Translations under genes and position numbers: made by a program
Shown: piece by piece, positions 10,401 to 18,322 of the stretch
Position numbering within the stretch: the stretch's first letter is position 1
How the letters are laid out: each line of letters starts with the position of its first letter
The notes under the pieces: model-generated
What the model was told of the DNA's origin: nothing
Seen by the model: only the letters and a program-made list of their open reading frames with translations
Databases searched by the model: none
Assembly (NCBI GenBank): GCA_046597055.1
Contig: JBKJLC010000192.1
Location: forward strand, 1-36,042
Length of the DNA stretch: 36,042 nt
From: Kofleriaceae bacterium
GTDB lineage: Bacteria; Myxococcota_A; Polyangia; Haliangiales; Haliangiaceae
Direction of reading: 5' to 3'

Positions 10401-10482
10401 GATAGAAGTCCTCCAGCGAGGGACCGTCGTCGCCACACGCGGCCAGGCCGCCGATCAGCAGGATCAAGCCGAGCTTCCTCAT
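7450..10482 (-). CDS. Lipoprotein with a C-terminal PHP-like (CehA/McbA-type) metallohydrolase domain
   Basis: MRKLGLILLIGGLAA-C lipobox from ATG 10482; metal motifs EFHVH..SPDS, VTDHD, PGIEVT..GHFNAWP, VNHPR, GNSDSH; DGDGNGTIDDTD Ca-loop-like segment. Confidence 0.82.
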   Translation of the reverse strand: MRKLGLILLIGGLAACGDDGPSLEDFYPELPPEGGAQAAFAGAITAANTDELLTGVAAQGQVGDFYLRNDKVRITIGASTRVIGVVPQGGNLIDAALIGADGRQLLDDHFGELSLIYKAGRTCEHDRIEIVRDGTKGGAAVVRAVGKSGNNDFVNLKAIGALPIGDDLDPDIEDDIDCATTYVLEPGASQVAVHWSLYNPGAFKLQGPIGMLNDTGGETEAWSNTRGFERAGIEALDALTEPASINYVVYQGPGPAYGIVPRFEKPTHASGILIAGVSIVLFGAENLFDIFDPTTYELVLEPRKGMRQRVDVVLGRDAEDVDVVFRTGGGEAMSDVDGTAMWSDGTPAAGARVGVYLDGDGNGTIDDTDVVLSYLDAEADGRWSGKVPAGALLVRAEVKDQARSAVMPAGAGRALTLPAPVALDYQLLDDATGEPMPGRLLVVGTHPAFPDKRLFETKDRLAGIVRSVHAVAGTTTGAGADPAVLLPAGGTYRVYASRGTEWSAASAPFAGTARATVTLRLRRVIDTTGYLATEFHVHQVGSPDSPVGSLERVRSGLAAGVELFAVTDHDVVSDLQPFVETLGAQDLLRVIPGIEVTPFAYGHFNAWPLAVEPNSNGGAIDWGRGREGFAMTPGEIFDAMRTRGARVVQVNHPRGEGALGTFQQFFDRANLKYDFVGRSIFGDFLATPVPNQWLRLPDESLWNDTWNALEVWNGFSMSDTDGDRRREITSMDRVLRDWFNLLTMGFYAAPIGNSDSHTSVADPLGMPRTMVRVADDSGAALVSGAATAAVMSTLQGTGGVARDIVVTNGPMIAVTQNAMPAIGRVAAAANGMVTLVVTVTAPAWAEFDTVEIFANETPDSPIAPGGVVGLTPLKCWTSRALNTLHAMDPCTRAAIAPESMQVQSQTVGTGNGFRFLRAQVTITLAAADIRTRAGGTGTDAWLVIRARGDRGIFPILSGELVDELTLPILVSGTDQAVEAALQGHGVPAAAFTAPIFLDFDGNGYRAQFQP

Positions 10483-10658
10483 CGGCGCGAAGCGTAGCCG
10501 AACCACCCTCGGCCGTATGTGATTTCGTCACCATCCAGCGGCGGGCTCGTGCCCGGGCCTGGCCCGGCGCGACACGCCTCGCCGACACGCTCGGGACGGC
10601 CTCCGACAGGCGCAGCACAGGCTTGCTCGCGCGCCCAAAGGCTGGTCGAATCCCGCCC

Positions 10659-10940
10659 ATGTCACGCACGGTCAGATGCGCCAAGCTCGGCGGCGAGCGG
10701 CCCGGTCTCCCCTACAAGCCTTTTGCCGACGCCCTCGGTCAGCGCATCTTCGAGAGCATCTCGCAGGAAGCCTGGGCGCAATGGATCGAGCACTCCAAGA
10801 AGCTCGTCAACGAGTGGCGCCTCGACCTAACCCAGAAGAGCGCCCACGACGTCCTCAAGGAGCAGTGCGTCGCGTTCCTGTTCCCGGGTGAGGGCGGCAC
10901 CGTCACCGAAGCCGCCGGATACGTGCCCGAGAAGACGTGA
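10659..10940 (+). CDS. yggX: Fe-S cluster oxidative-damage protection / Fe(II)-trafficking protein
   Basis: MSRTVRC (conserved Cys7), LGQRIFESISQEAWAQW, LVNEWRLDL match the YggX family. Confidence 0.9.
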   Translation: MSRTVRCAKLGGERPGLPYKPFADALGQRIFESISQEAWAQWIEHSKKLVNEWRLDLTQKSAHDVLKEQCVAFLFPGEGGTVTEAAGYVPEKT

Positions 10941-12022
10941 GCCCGGCGCGCTCGCTCGACGACGTCGCGCTGTTCCGCGCGCTGCCGCAGGTCGGGCGCC
11001 AGGTGCCGTGGGCCCGGCTCGGCGACTGGCCGACGCCGGTCGAGCCCGTCCCCACGCTCGGGGCGGTGTGGGCGAAGCGCGAAGATCTGACCGCCGCGCG
11101 CTACGGCGGCAACAAGGTGCGGACGCTCGAGGCCATGTTCGGGCGCGCCCGCGCCGCCGGCGCGACCCGGATCTGGGCGACCGGCGCCTACGGCTCGAAC
11201 CACGCGCTCGCGACCGTGCTGCACGCCGACGCCGTCGGGCTCGCCGCTGGCGCGATCGTCTTTCCGCAGCCGGCCAGCGAGCCCGCGCTCGCCAACGCGG
11301 CCGCCATCCTGTCGGCCCGGCCGCGGGTGATCGCGATCGGCTCGGTGATCGAGCTGCCGTTCGCGATGGCGGTGACCCGGCGCCGGCGCGGCGGCGGCGA
11401 GGTCCCGTACGTGATGCCGCCCGGCGGCGCGACCGCCGAGGGCGCGCTCGGCGCCATGTCGGCGGCGTTCGAGCTCACCGAGCAAGCCGCGCGCGGCGAG
11501 CTGCCGTGGCCGCGGCGGGTGGTGGTCGCGGTCGGAAGCGGCTGCACCTCGGCCGGGCTGCTCGCCGGCTTTCACCTCGCCCACGCGCTCGGGCTGGCCC
11601 CACCCCCACCGATCGTCACCGCGGTGCGGGTGACGCCGTGGCCGGTCACCAGCCGGGTCCGCATCGCCAACATCGCGCGGCTGACGATCGCGCTGGTCGA
11701 TCAGCTGCGCGGCGCCGACAGCGGGCTCGGGCTGCGCGCGCTCGTGGCCGGCCTCGAGGTCGACGGCCGCTGGCTCGGCCCCGGCTACGGGCGCACCACC
11801 GCCGCCGGGGAGCGCACCGCGGTCCGCATGCACGCGGCGTCAGCGCCCGCGGTCGACTGCGTCTACTCGGCCAAGGCGGCGGCCGCCCTGTGCGAGCTGG
11901 CCGCCCGGGAGTCGGGACCGATCGTCTTCTGGGCCACCAAGTCGAGCGCGGTTTTGCCGCAAGCCTCGGACGACGCGGTGGCCGCGGCGCCCCCCGCGCT
12001 GCGCCGCTGGCTGGGCCGCTGA
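10937..12022 (+). CDS. PLP-dependent enzyme, D-cysteine desulfhydrase/ACC deaminase family
   Basis: WPTPVE, KREDL...YGGNKVRTLE (PLP Lys), GSNH, PPGG, VAVGSGCTSAGL, DCVYSAKA; GTGA overlap with the yggX stop. Confidence 0.85.
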   Translation: MSPARSLDDVALFRALPQVGRQVPWARLGDWPTPVEPVPTLGAVWAKREDLTAARYGGNKVRTLEAMFGRARAAGATRIWATGAYGSNHALATVLHADAVGLAAGAIVFPQPASEPALANAAAILSARPRVIAIGSVIELPFAMAVTRRRRGGGEVPYVMPPGGATAEGALGAMSAAFELTEQAARGELPWPRRVVVAVGSGCTSAGLLAGFHLAHALGLAPPPPIVTAVRVTPWPVTSRVRIANIARLTIALVDQLRGADSGLGLRALVAGLEVDGRWLGPGYGRTTAAGERTAVRMHAASAPAVDCVYSAKAAAALCELAARESGPIVFWATKSSAVLPQASDDAVAAAPPALRRWLGR

Positions 12023-12090
12023 GCCAGGCGAAGCGTCAAATCGGTGCCCTCAGGCCGCGGCCGACCGACCGGCGGCGCCGCGCCAGCCGG

Positions 12091-13401
12091 CTACTTGATC
12101 GATGTCGGCGCCGCTTCATCGGGCCGCGCGTCGTTGTTGCGCGGCTGCGCCGCCCGGCTCTTCGTCGCTTCTTGCTGCTTGGCGCGGCGAGCCCGCTCCA
12201 CGTACGAGCGACATGCGCGCACCGTGCGGTCGTTGGCGACGTTCGACTGGTAATACTCGGGGGCGCGGCGCGAGATGTCCGCGCCGACGATACCGGCGTC
12301 GTTGCACTTGCCGGCCACCACCAGCTTGGCCATGCGGGCGTGCTGGTCTCGCGCCCACACCGTGAGCTGAGCCTCGGCCTTGGCGTCGTAGGTCGCGGCA
12401 CGGCCGGGATCGGCAGCGCTCGGCGCGGATGGCTTTTGTGCGACCGTCGCCGGTGCGGACGGCCGGGGCGCCGTCGGGGGCGGCGGGGGCGCGGCCCCGG
12501 CACCCGCGCCGACGCGGGAGCGGGCCACCACTTCGCCGTCGACCTGGTCGTCATCGACGTCGCGCACCTGCAGGTCGTTGTTCATGTTCTTGTCGAGCTC
12601 GAGGTAGCCGTCGGCCTTGGCCGCGGCCTTGCGCTTGGGGGCGTCGGCCGGCGTCTCGAGCTGCGTGGCCGCGAGACCGCCGGTCGGCCTGGCCAGCTTC
12701 TTCGCCGGCGCTTCGCGCTCGTCCTGCGCGGCGAACGCACCGCGGTTGGTGCCGGTCGCTGCTGACTCCGTGGCGAACGACGCCACACCCTCGGTGCCCA
12801 GTTGCTCCTGGCGCCGCAGCAGCTCGGCGCCGTCGGCGTTGGCGAGATCCTTGGCGAGCGTGTCATCGAGCGCGACCGGGTACGAACTCCCGGTCCCGGT
12901 GGCGGTCCCGAGGGTCGGCAGGTCGGGCGTGGTCGCGGCGGAGCCGCTATCGCCGCTCGGCCGAAGGGTCGGCGCGCTCACGTGCTCGGGCGCTGCGGGT
13001 TGCGCGGTCCGGAAGCGACCGTTGGCGTACATCACGCCAGCGGCGCCGCCGACCACGACGAGCGCGGCGGCAGCCGACAGCCCGGGGTGCATGAGCATGG
13101 GTCGGAACATGCTGGTGAACCAGGCCAGGAAGCCCTGGTCCGCCGCCCGCGGCACGGGAGCGCGACGGGCAGCTTCCTGGAGGAGCTTGGCGGAGATCGC
13201 CGAGGGCGGTTCCGCCAGCCCCAGTGAGGACGCGACGTTGGCGTCGCGCAGCATGGCGCGGGTTGCGCGCATGTCCTCGAGATCAGCCCGGTCACGGGGG
13301 TGAGTGACCAGGTGCGCCTCGAGGCGCCCGCGCTCGTCACCGTCGAGCTCTCCGTAGAGAGCGTCGATGAGGAGCGCATCGATGTCCTGGCGATCCGCCA
13401 T
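12091..13401 (-). CDS. Membrane-anchored anti-sigma factor-like protein with a degenerate zf-HC2 N-terminus
   Basis: LLIDALYGELDGDERGRLEAHL N-terminus; EPPSAISAKLL; one transmembrane helix (SAAAALVVVGGAAGV); low-complexity linker; small helical C-terminal domain. Confidence 0.7.
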   Translation of the reverse strand: MADRQDIDALLIDALYGELDGDERGRLEAHLVTHPRDRADLEDMRATRAMLRDANVASSLGLAEPPSAISAKLLQEAARRAPVPRAADQGFLAWFTSMFRPMLMHPGLSAAAALVVVGGAAGVMYANGRFRTAQPAAPEHVSAPTLRPSGDSGSAATTPDLPTLGTATGTGSSYPVALDDTLAKDLANADGAELLRRQEQLGTEGVASFATESAATGTNRGAFAAQDEREAPAKKLARPTGGLAATQLETPADAPKRKAAAKADGYLELDKNMNNDLQVRDVDDDQVDGEVVARSRVGAGAGAAPPPPPTAPRPSAPATVAQKPSAPSAADPGRAATYDAKAEAQLTVWARDQHARMAKLVVAGKCNDAGIVGADISRRAPEYYQSNVANDRTVRACRSYVERARRAKQQEATKSRAAQPRNNDARPDEAAPTSIK

Positions 13402-13692
13402 GGCCTTGGGTCCTTATACTACGTCGGGTGGGTGAAACCACCGACTGGACCGTTGGGGAGACGTCGAACCGTTTTCTCCTTGCAGGGTTACCCGTCGGCG
13501 GCGTGAGCCTCGTGACGATTCCCGTCAGTGAGGATGTACACGCCTGACGGACCCCCGCGATCTACCCGAACGTCGCCGGTTGTTGACACTCCCGGAACCC
13601 ACCGGAATCACAGCAGCCGCTGCCCGCATGCGGCCGGCTGACGTCGTCGAACGCCGCCCGCACGGTCCCGCTTACACCGGCACCACCCCCGC

Positions 13693-14103
13693 TTACTTCG
13701 CAGGCGCGATCGGCTCGGGACGGCACGACCAGGTCACGTCGTCGAGCACCCAGCCCTGGTGACCGCATTCGGCGGCGGAGGCCAGGGTCGACTGGGCGAC
13801 CCGGCGCTCGACGCCGAACACCGCGCCGCGCTGGAAGCGCCGCGGCTGCTTGCCCTCGGGCGCACAGGTCAGCGTCCAGCTCACCGAGCAGGCCAGGCGG
13901 ACGTCACACTGATTGTCGATCACGAGGTCGACCGCCTCGGCGTCGTCCTGCTGGACCTGGTCGAAGCTCGCGCAGGTCGCGATCGACACGCGCGGCTTCT
14001 TCTTGATCGGCTTGCGGGGCGCGGCGGTGACCGGGACGACGAGCGACGCGAGCACCAGGGCGCACGTCACCCAGCGCGTCCCCCGAACGGGGCGAGACAC
14101 CAT
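13693..14103 (-). CDS. Small secreted Cys-containing hypothetical protein
   Basis: Signal-like WVTCALVLASLVVPVTA from ATG 14103; six Cys in the mature part; GC-rich third codon positions. Confidence 0.6.
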   Translation of the reverse strand: MVSRPVRGTRWVTCALVLASLVVPVTAAPRKPIKKKPRVSIATCASFDQVQQDDAEAVDLVIDNQCDVRLACSVSWTLTCAPEGKQPRRFQRGAVFGVERRVAQSTLASAAECGHQGWVLDDVTWSCRPEPIAPAK

Positions 14104-14275
14104 GGGACCTCCGGCCACGATCCTTGGGGCTGCGCCTCGACCAACCGGTCGCGCGCGGCGGGTCGCCCGCGGGCGACGTTGGTGGCTCGTCGGCTGGGAC
14201 ACCGACCCGCGCGGTCGGTTTCAGGTTTGTTCGCCGACGACGGCCGCGGCCGCGCGCGTGGCGTACCCTCGGCCC

Positions 14276-15085
14276 ATGGCCCACCCACTCGACGTCTTCC
14301 GCAGCGATGCGCTCGCCGGCCACGTCGCCGTCGTCACCGGCGGCGGCACCGGCATCTGCAAGGGCATCGCCGCCGCTTACGCCCGGCTCGGCTGCGACGT
14401 GTGCATCGTCAGCCGCAAGCCCGACGTGCTGGCGGCGAGCGCCGCCGAGCTGTCGGCCCTGAGCGGCCGCACGGTCCTCGCCCACGCCGCCGATGTCCGG
14501 GATCCGGACGCGATCGAGGGGGCGATCGCGGCCACGCTGACCCGGTTCGGCAAGATCGACACGCTGGTCAACGGCGCGGCCGGCAACTTCCTGGCGCCGG
14601 CGGCGGCGCTGTCGCCGAACGGGTTTCGCACCGTGATCGACATCGATCTCAACGGCTCGTTCAACGCCGCGCGCGCCGCGTTTCCGGCGCTGCGCGATGC
14701 CGGCAACGGCCTGATCGTCAACGTGACCGCGACGCTGCACTATCACGGCACGCCGCTGCAGATCCACGCGTCGGCGGCCAAGGCCGGCGTCGACGCCATG
14801 ACCAAGAACCTCGCGGTCGAGTGGGGCCCGTCGGGGGTGCGGGTCAACTCGATCGCGCCGGGCCCGATCGGCGACACCGAGGGCATGCGGCGGCTGGCGC
14901 CGCCCGACGTCGCGAACCTGGCGGCGCGCACCATCCCGCTCGGCCGGTTCGGCACCATCGACGAGATCGCGGCGATGGCAGTGTTCCTGCGCTCGAGCGC
15001 GGCCGCCTACATCACCGGCGCGATCTTCGTGGTCGATGGCGGTCAGTGCGTCGCGCTGCCGTCGTTCATGGCTCCGACGACGTGA
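14276..15085 (+). CDS. SDR oxidoreductase, 2,4-dienoyl-CoA reductase-like
   Basis: VTGGGTGIC, NGAAGNF, LSPNGFRTVIDIDLNG, HASAAKAGVDAM, VNSIAPGPI. Confidence 0.88.
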   Translation: MAHPLDVFRSDALAGHVAVVTGGGTGICKGIAAAYARLGCDVCIVSRKPDVLAASAAELSALSGRTVLAHAADVRDPDAIEGAIAATLTRFGKIDTLVNGAAGNFLAPAAALSPNGFRTVIDIDLNGSFNAARAAFPALRDAGNGLIVNVTATLHYHGTPLQIHASAAKAGVDAMTKNLAVEWGPSGVRVNSIAPGPIGDTEGMRRLAPPDVANLAARTIPLGRFGTIDEIAAMAVFLRSSAAAYITGAIFVVDGGQCVALPSFMAPTT

Positions 15086-15759
15086 CCGCGAGCCGGGCCG
15101 GGTCGCGCCGGGTCGACTTCATCGCGCCGCGCCGCGACGTCGGCCTCGAGCTGCTCGGCGGACGCGGCCACTACGAGCGCGTGATCGCCGCGGTGGTCGC
15201 CGCCGAGACCAGCGTCTGGATCGCGACCGCCAACCTCAAGGAGCTGATGATCGAGGACGGGCGGGCCCGGCCGGGCGTGCGCCGCGGGATCGGCAAGGTC
15301 GGCTACCGCTCGGTGCTGGCGTCGCTGGCCGAGCTGGCCAGCCGCGGCGTCGAGCTGCGCATCCTCAGCGCCGATGGCCCGTCGCGGCCGTTCCGTGCCG
15401 AGCTGGGCCGCCAGCCCCAGCTCGCGCGCGCGCTGCGGCTGCGCCGGTGCCCGCGCCTCCACCTCAAGGTCGTGATCGTCGACGGCGCCCTGCTCTACCT
15501 GGGCTCGGCCAACTGGACCGGGGCCGGGCTCGGCGCGCGCGGCACCGGCCGGCGTAACTTCGAGCTCGGGATCGTCACCGACGACGGCCCCATGCTCGAC
15601 CAGATCCAGGGCCTCTACGACCATCTCTGGAGGGGCGGCGAGTGCGCCAGCTGCCGGCTCCGCGCCTTGTGCCCGCTCCCGCTCGACCAGCTGGTCGACG
15701 ACCCGGCGCCGGTGGCGCTGGCCGCCGCGCCCACCCGCAAGCGGGCGAAAGCCCAATAG
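15082..15759 (+). CDS. Phospholipase D-superfamily protein with a single HKD motif and a C-terminal Cys cluster
   Basis: HLKVVIVD-GALLYL-GSAN fits HxK(x4)D(x6)GSxN; NFELGI; C-terminal CASCRLRALCP; GTG start overlaps the SDR stop (GTGA). Confidence 0.82.
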   Translation: MTASRAGSRRVDFIAPRRDVGLELLGGRGHYERVIAAVVAAETSVWIATANLKELMIEDGRARPGVRRGIGKVGYRSVLASLAELASRGVELRILSADGPSRPFRAELGRQPQLARALRLRRCPRLHLKVVIVDGALLYLGSANWTGAGLGARGTGRRNFELGIVTDDGPMLDQIQGLYDHLWRGGECASCRLRALCPLPLDQLVDDPAPVALAAAPTRKRAKAQ

Positions 15760-15969
15760 CAGTAGCGCCGCAGCACCCCGGACAGCCACGACAGGGCACC
15801 ACGACGCTACGTCCGTTCCGACCCGCCGCCGTCACAGAGGGTTGCCCGCCGCGTGAAAGTTGGTAACCGCGGCCGAGGTCCCGGCCACCATCTACCCGCT
15901 GATGCACGTCAGGCCTCACGGTCTCCACCGCGCCGCGTCGGGCACCGCGCCTCGCGCCGGAGCCGCCGC

Positions 15970-16578
15970 GTGACCGCTCATATCGCGTACCTCGACGACG
16001 TCATGCTGGTCGATCGGTGCGTCGGCGGCCACGAGGCCGCGACGCGCGAGCTGTTCCGCAGCCACCGCGGCAGGGTCCACGCGACGCTGTACCGGGTCCT
16101 CGGCGGCAACGGCGACATGGATGACCTGTTGCAAGAAACCTTCGTACAGGTGTTCGGCTCGCTCCGCTCCTGGCGCGCGGAGGCGAGCCTGGCGACGTGG
16201 ATCGATCGCATCGCGGTGCGCGTCGCGTACCGCTACCTCGGACAGCGACGCGCGCGGCCGCCGACCGACGAGCTGGGTGACGACGATGCCATCGCGCCGG
16301 ATGTAGGCGGCGCGCGGGTGGCCGCGGCCCGCGAGGGTGTGCGCCGGCTGTACGACGCGCTCGGACGCCTGGCGCCCGCAGCGCGGGTCGCGTTCGCGCT
16401 GCACGAGATCGACGGCCGCACCCTGGCCGAGGTCGCGACCGTGACCGGCAGCTCGCTGACCGCGACCAAGCTGCGGGTGTGGCGGGCGCGGCGCGCCTTG
16501 ATGACCGACGCGGCCCGCGATCCGGTGCTGCGCGAATGGCTGGGGAGCTCCCCCGACGCCGGAGGCAAGACACCATGA
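15970..16578 (+). CDS. ECF sigma-70 factor
   Basis: Region 2 DDLLQETFVQV and LATWIDRIA; region 4 FALHEIDGRTLAEVA..TATKLRVWRAR. Start uncertain (15970 or 16003). Confidence 0.88.
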   Translation: MTAHIAYLDDVMLVDRCVGGHEAATRELFRSHRGRVHATLYRVLGGNGDMDDLLQETFVQVFGSLRSWRAEASLATWIDRIAVRVAYRYLGQRRARPPTDELGDDDAIAPDVGGARVAAAREGVRRLYDALGRLAPAARVAFALHEIDGRTLAEVATVTGSSLTATKLRVWRARRALMTDAARDPVLREWLGSSPDAGGKTP

Positions 16579-17816
16579 CGCTCCGCGACCGCATCCCGGT
16601 CGAGCCCCTCGCGCCCGAGCGACTCGACCGCCTCGAGCAACGGATCGTACGCGCGGCGCCGCCGGCGCTGGCGCGTCCGGCCCGGGCCCCGCTGTGGCCC
16701 TGGGCGCTGGCGGCGACCAGCGCCGCGGCCGCCGCGCTCGCGGTGGTCGCGCTACGACGTCCGGCCCCACCGCCGGCCGCGCCGATCGTGGTCATGACCG
16801 AGGCCCGCGGCACCCGGCTCGATCTCGGCGACGCGGTCGTCGAGGTCGGGCTGGCGACCCACGTCGTGATCAGCCGGCTGGCCGGCGGCGTGCTGGTGGA
16901 ACTCGACGCCGGCACCGTCGCGCTCGACGTCGCGCCGCGCGCGGACCGACCGCCGCTGTGGGTGAAGGCCGGTGACGTCGGGGTCCGCGTGGTCGGCACC
17001 GCGTTCTCGGTGCGGCGCGAGTCGACCTCCGCGGAGGTCGAGGTGATCGTCGTCCACGGCACCGTCGAGGTCCACCGCGCGGGCGAGGTCCGCCGGGTGG
17101 GTGGCGGCGAGCGCTGGTCGTCGACGGCCGGCGCGGCCATGGCGGCGACCTTGCCGCCGCATGCATCGGGCACGTCGGGCGGGCCGGACGGTGTCGGTGG
17201 CTCCGCCCGCGATCCGCGCGCGCCGCTGCCGCCGGACGATCGCGGCGGCACGGCGGGCCTGCCCGCGAGGTCCCCGGTCGAGGTCGCGCTGCTCGACGAG
17301 CGCCGCGCGCCGGTGCGGCCACCGTCGACGACCGGGCCGGGGACCGCGACCGGCACCGGTAGCGCGCGCCGACCGCACGGCCCTGGCAATGGCAGCGGCA
17401 CGACCGCGGGCCCGGCCCCGGCCGATCCACTCGGGGACCTGCGCGCGCGGATCCTCGGCGCGCCCCTGGCGCCCGGGCTGACGACCGCGTCCCGCACCCC
17501 CGCGGAGGCAGCCGCCGAGTATCAGCGGCGCTTCCTGACCGGACGTGGCGCCGAGGCAAGCGCGGCGCTCCATGCGCTCGCCCGCACCCAGCACCTGCAG
17601 CTCGGCAAGGAGGCCGAGGCGGTGCGAAGCCTCGATGCCTACCTGCGGCGCTTCCCGCAGGGGCCGGAGCTCGAGGCGGTGCTCTGGCTCCGGCTCCGCA
17701 TCCTGTGTCGGCGCTCGTTCGGCGAGCCCTGTCGGGTCGCCGCCCACGCCTACGTGGCGCGCTATCCGGGCACCGACCGCGGCGGGCTGGCGCGGCGCGT
17801 CACCGACACCCCCTGA
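16575..17816 (+). CDS. FecR-domain anti-sigma / transmembrane signal transducer with a TPR-like C-terminus
   Basis: Transmembrane helix; FecR motifs VRVVGTAFSV and VIVVHGTVEV; C-terminal AYLRRFPQG and AYVARYPG; ATGA overlap with the sigma stop; GGAGG upstream. Confidence 0.82.
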   Translation: MTLRDRIPVEPLAPERLDRLEQRIVRAAPPALARPARAPLWPWALAATSAAAAALAVVALRRPAPPPAAPIVVMTEARGTRLDLGDAVVEVGLATHVVISRLAGGVLVELDAGTVALDVAPRADRPPLWVKAGDVGVRVVGTAFSVRRESTSAEVEVIVVHGTVEVHRAGEVRRVGGGERWSSTAGAAMAATLPPHASGTSGGPDGVGGSARDPRAPLPPDDRGGTAGLPARSPVEVALLDERRAPVRPPSTTGPGTATGTGSARRPHGPGNGSGTTAGPAPADPLGDLRARILGAPLAPGLTTASRTPAEAAAEYQRRFLTGRGAEASAALHALARTQHLQLGKEAEAVRSLDAYLRRFPQGPELEAVLWLRLRILCRRSFGEPCRVAAHAYVARYPGTDRGGLARRVTDTP

Positions 17817-17874
17817 CCTACCCGGCCACGGCCAGCGAGACCAGGCACCGCCCAGGGTGAGCCGGACCGAGTCT

Positions 17875-17894
17875 GCGCGCGGACCGCCGCGCGC
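17875..17894. terminator. Perfect 8-bp GC hairpin between convergent genes
   Basis: GCGCGCGG-ACCG-CCGCGCGC just past the coxIV stop. There is no U-tract, so function is uncertain. Confidence 0.3.
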
Positions 17895-17900
17895 CTGCGA

Positions 17901-18311
17901 TCAGGGCACCGGCAGCGGGCCGTGCGGTGCCGCCGGCGGGTTCGCCGGGTCCCAGATGATCGCGTCCTGGTACTGATTCGAGTCGAACAGCGCGAAGCCC
18001 ACGAACAGCGAGGCGGCGAGCAGGCCGCCGATCACCAGCACGCTGTGGAACAGCTTGTCGTAGCGAAGGTGCATGAAGAACAGGATGACCAGGGTCGCCT
18101 TGACCACCGCGATCGCCATGGCGAGCGCGAGGTTGAGGTTTGAGCCCAGGTCGATCTTGGTCGCGCCGACCGTGACGACGGTCAGGACCATCAGGATGAT
18201 CCAGGTCGTCAGCAGCACCCTGACCGGCGCCACGTGGGCGATCCCGTGGGCGTGTTCGTCGTGGTCATGCGCGTGGGCTTCACGCGCGAGCGTCGGGGTC
18301 TCGGTGGCCAT
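17901..18311 (-). CDS. ctaF: Cytochrome c oxidase subunit IV
   Basis: LMVLTVVTV, IAVVKATLVILFFMHLRYD; GAGG upstream of ATG 18311; last gene of the cox operon. Confidence 0.85.
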   Translation of the reverse strand: MATETPTLAREAHAHDHDEHAHGIAHVAPVRVLLTTWIILMVLTVVTVGATKIDLGSNLNLALAMAIAVVKATLVILFFMHLRYDKLFHSVLVIGGLLAASLFVGFALFDSNQYQDAIIWDPANPPAAPHGPLPVP

Positions 18312-18322
18312 GGCGCGATTCC

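Noticed and set aside
7310..10684. 1124-aa Arg-rich minus-strand ORF
   Set aside because: Alternative frame over the metallohydrolase gene, with no recognisable motifs.
10937..12022. Calling the PLP enzyme ACC deaminase (acdS)
   Set aside because: Only family-level motifs are visible; AcdS-specific residues could not be identified by eye.
13420..13470. Resemblance to a ZTP riboswitch (GACTGG, GTGG/CCAC, GGGGAG)
   Set aside because: The elements are in the wrong order, lie on the strand opposite the downstream gene, and have no purine or folate gene context.
13759..15081. N-terminal part of the 666-aa ORF, suggesting a fusion to the PLD domain
   Set aside because: It overlaps the SDR gene in another frame; the PLD gene starts at GTG 15082.
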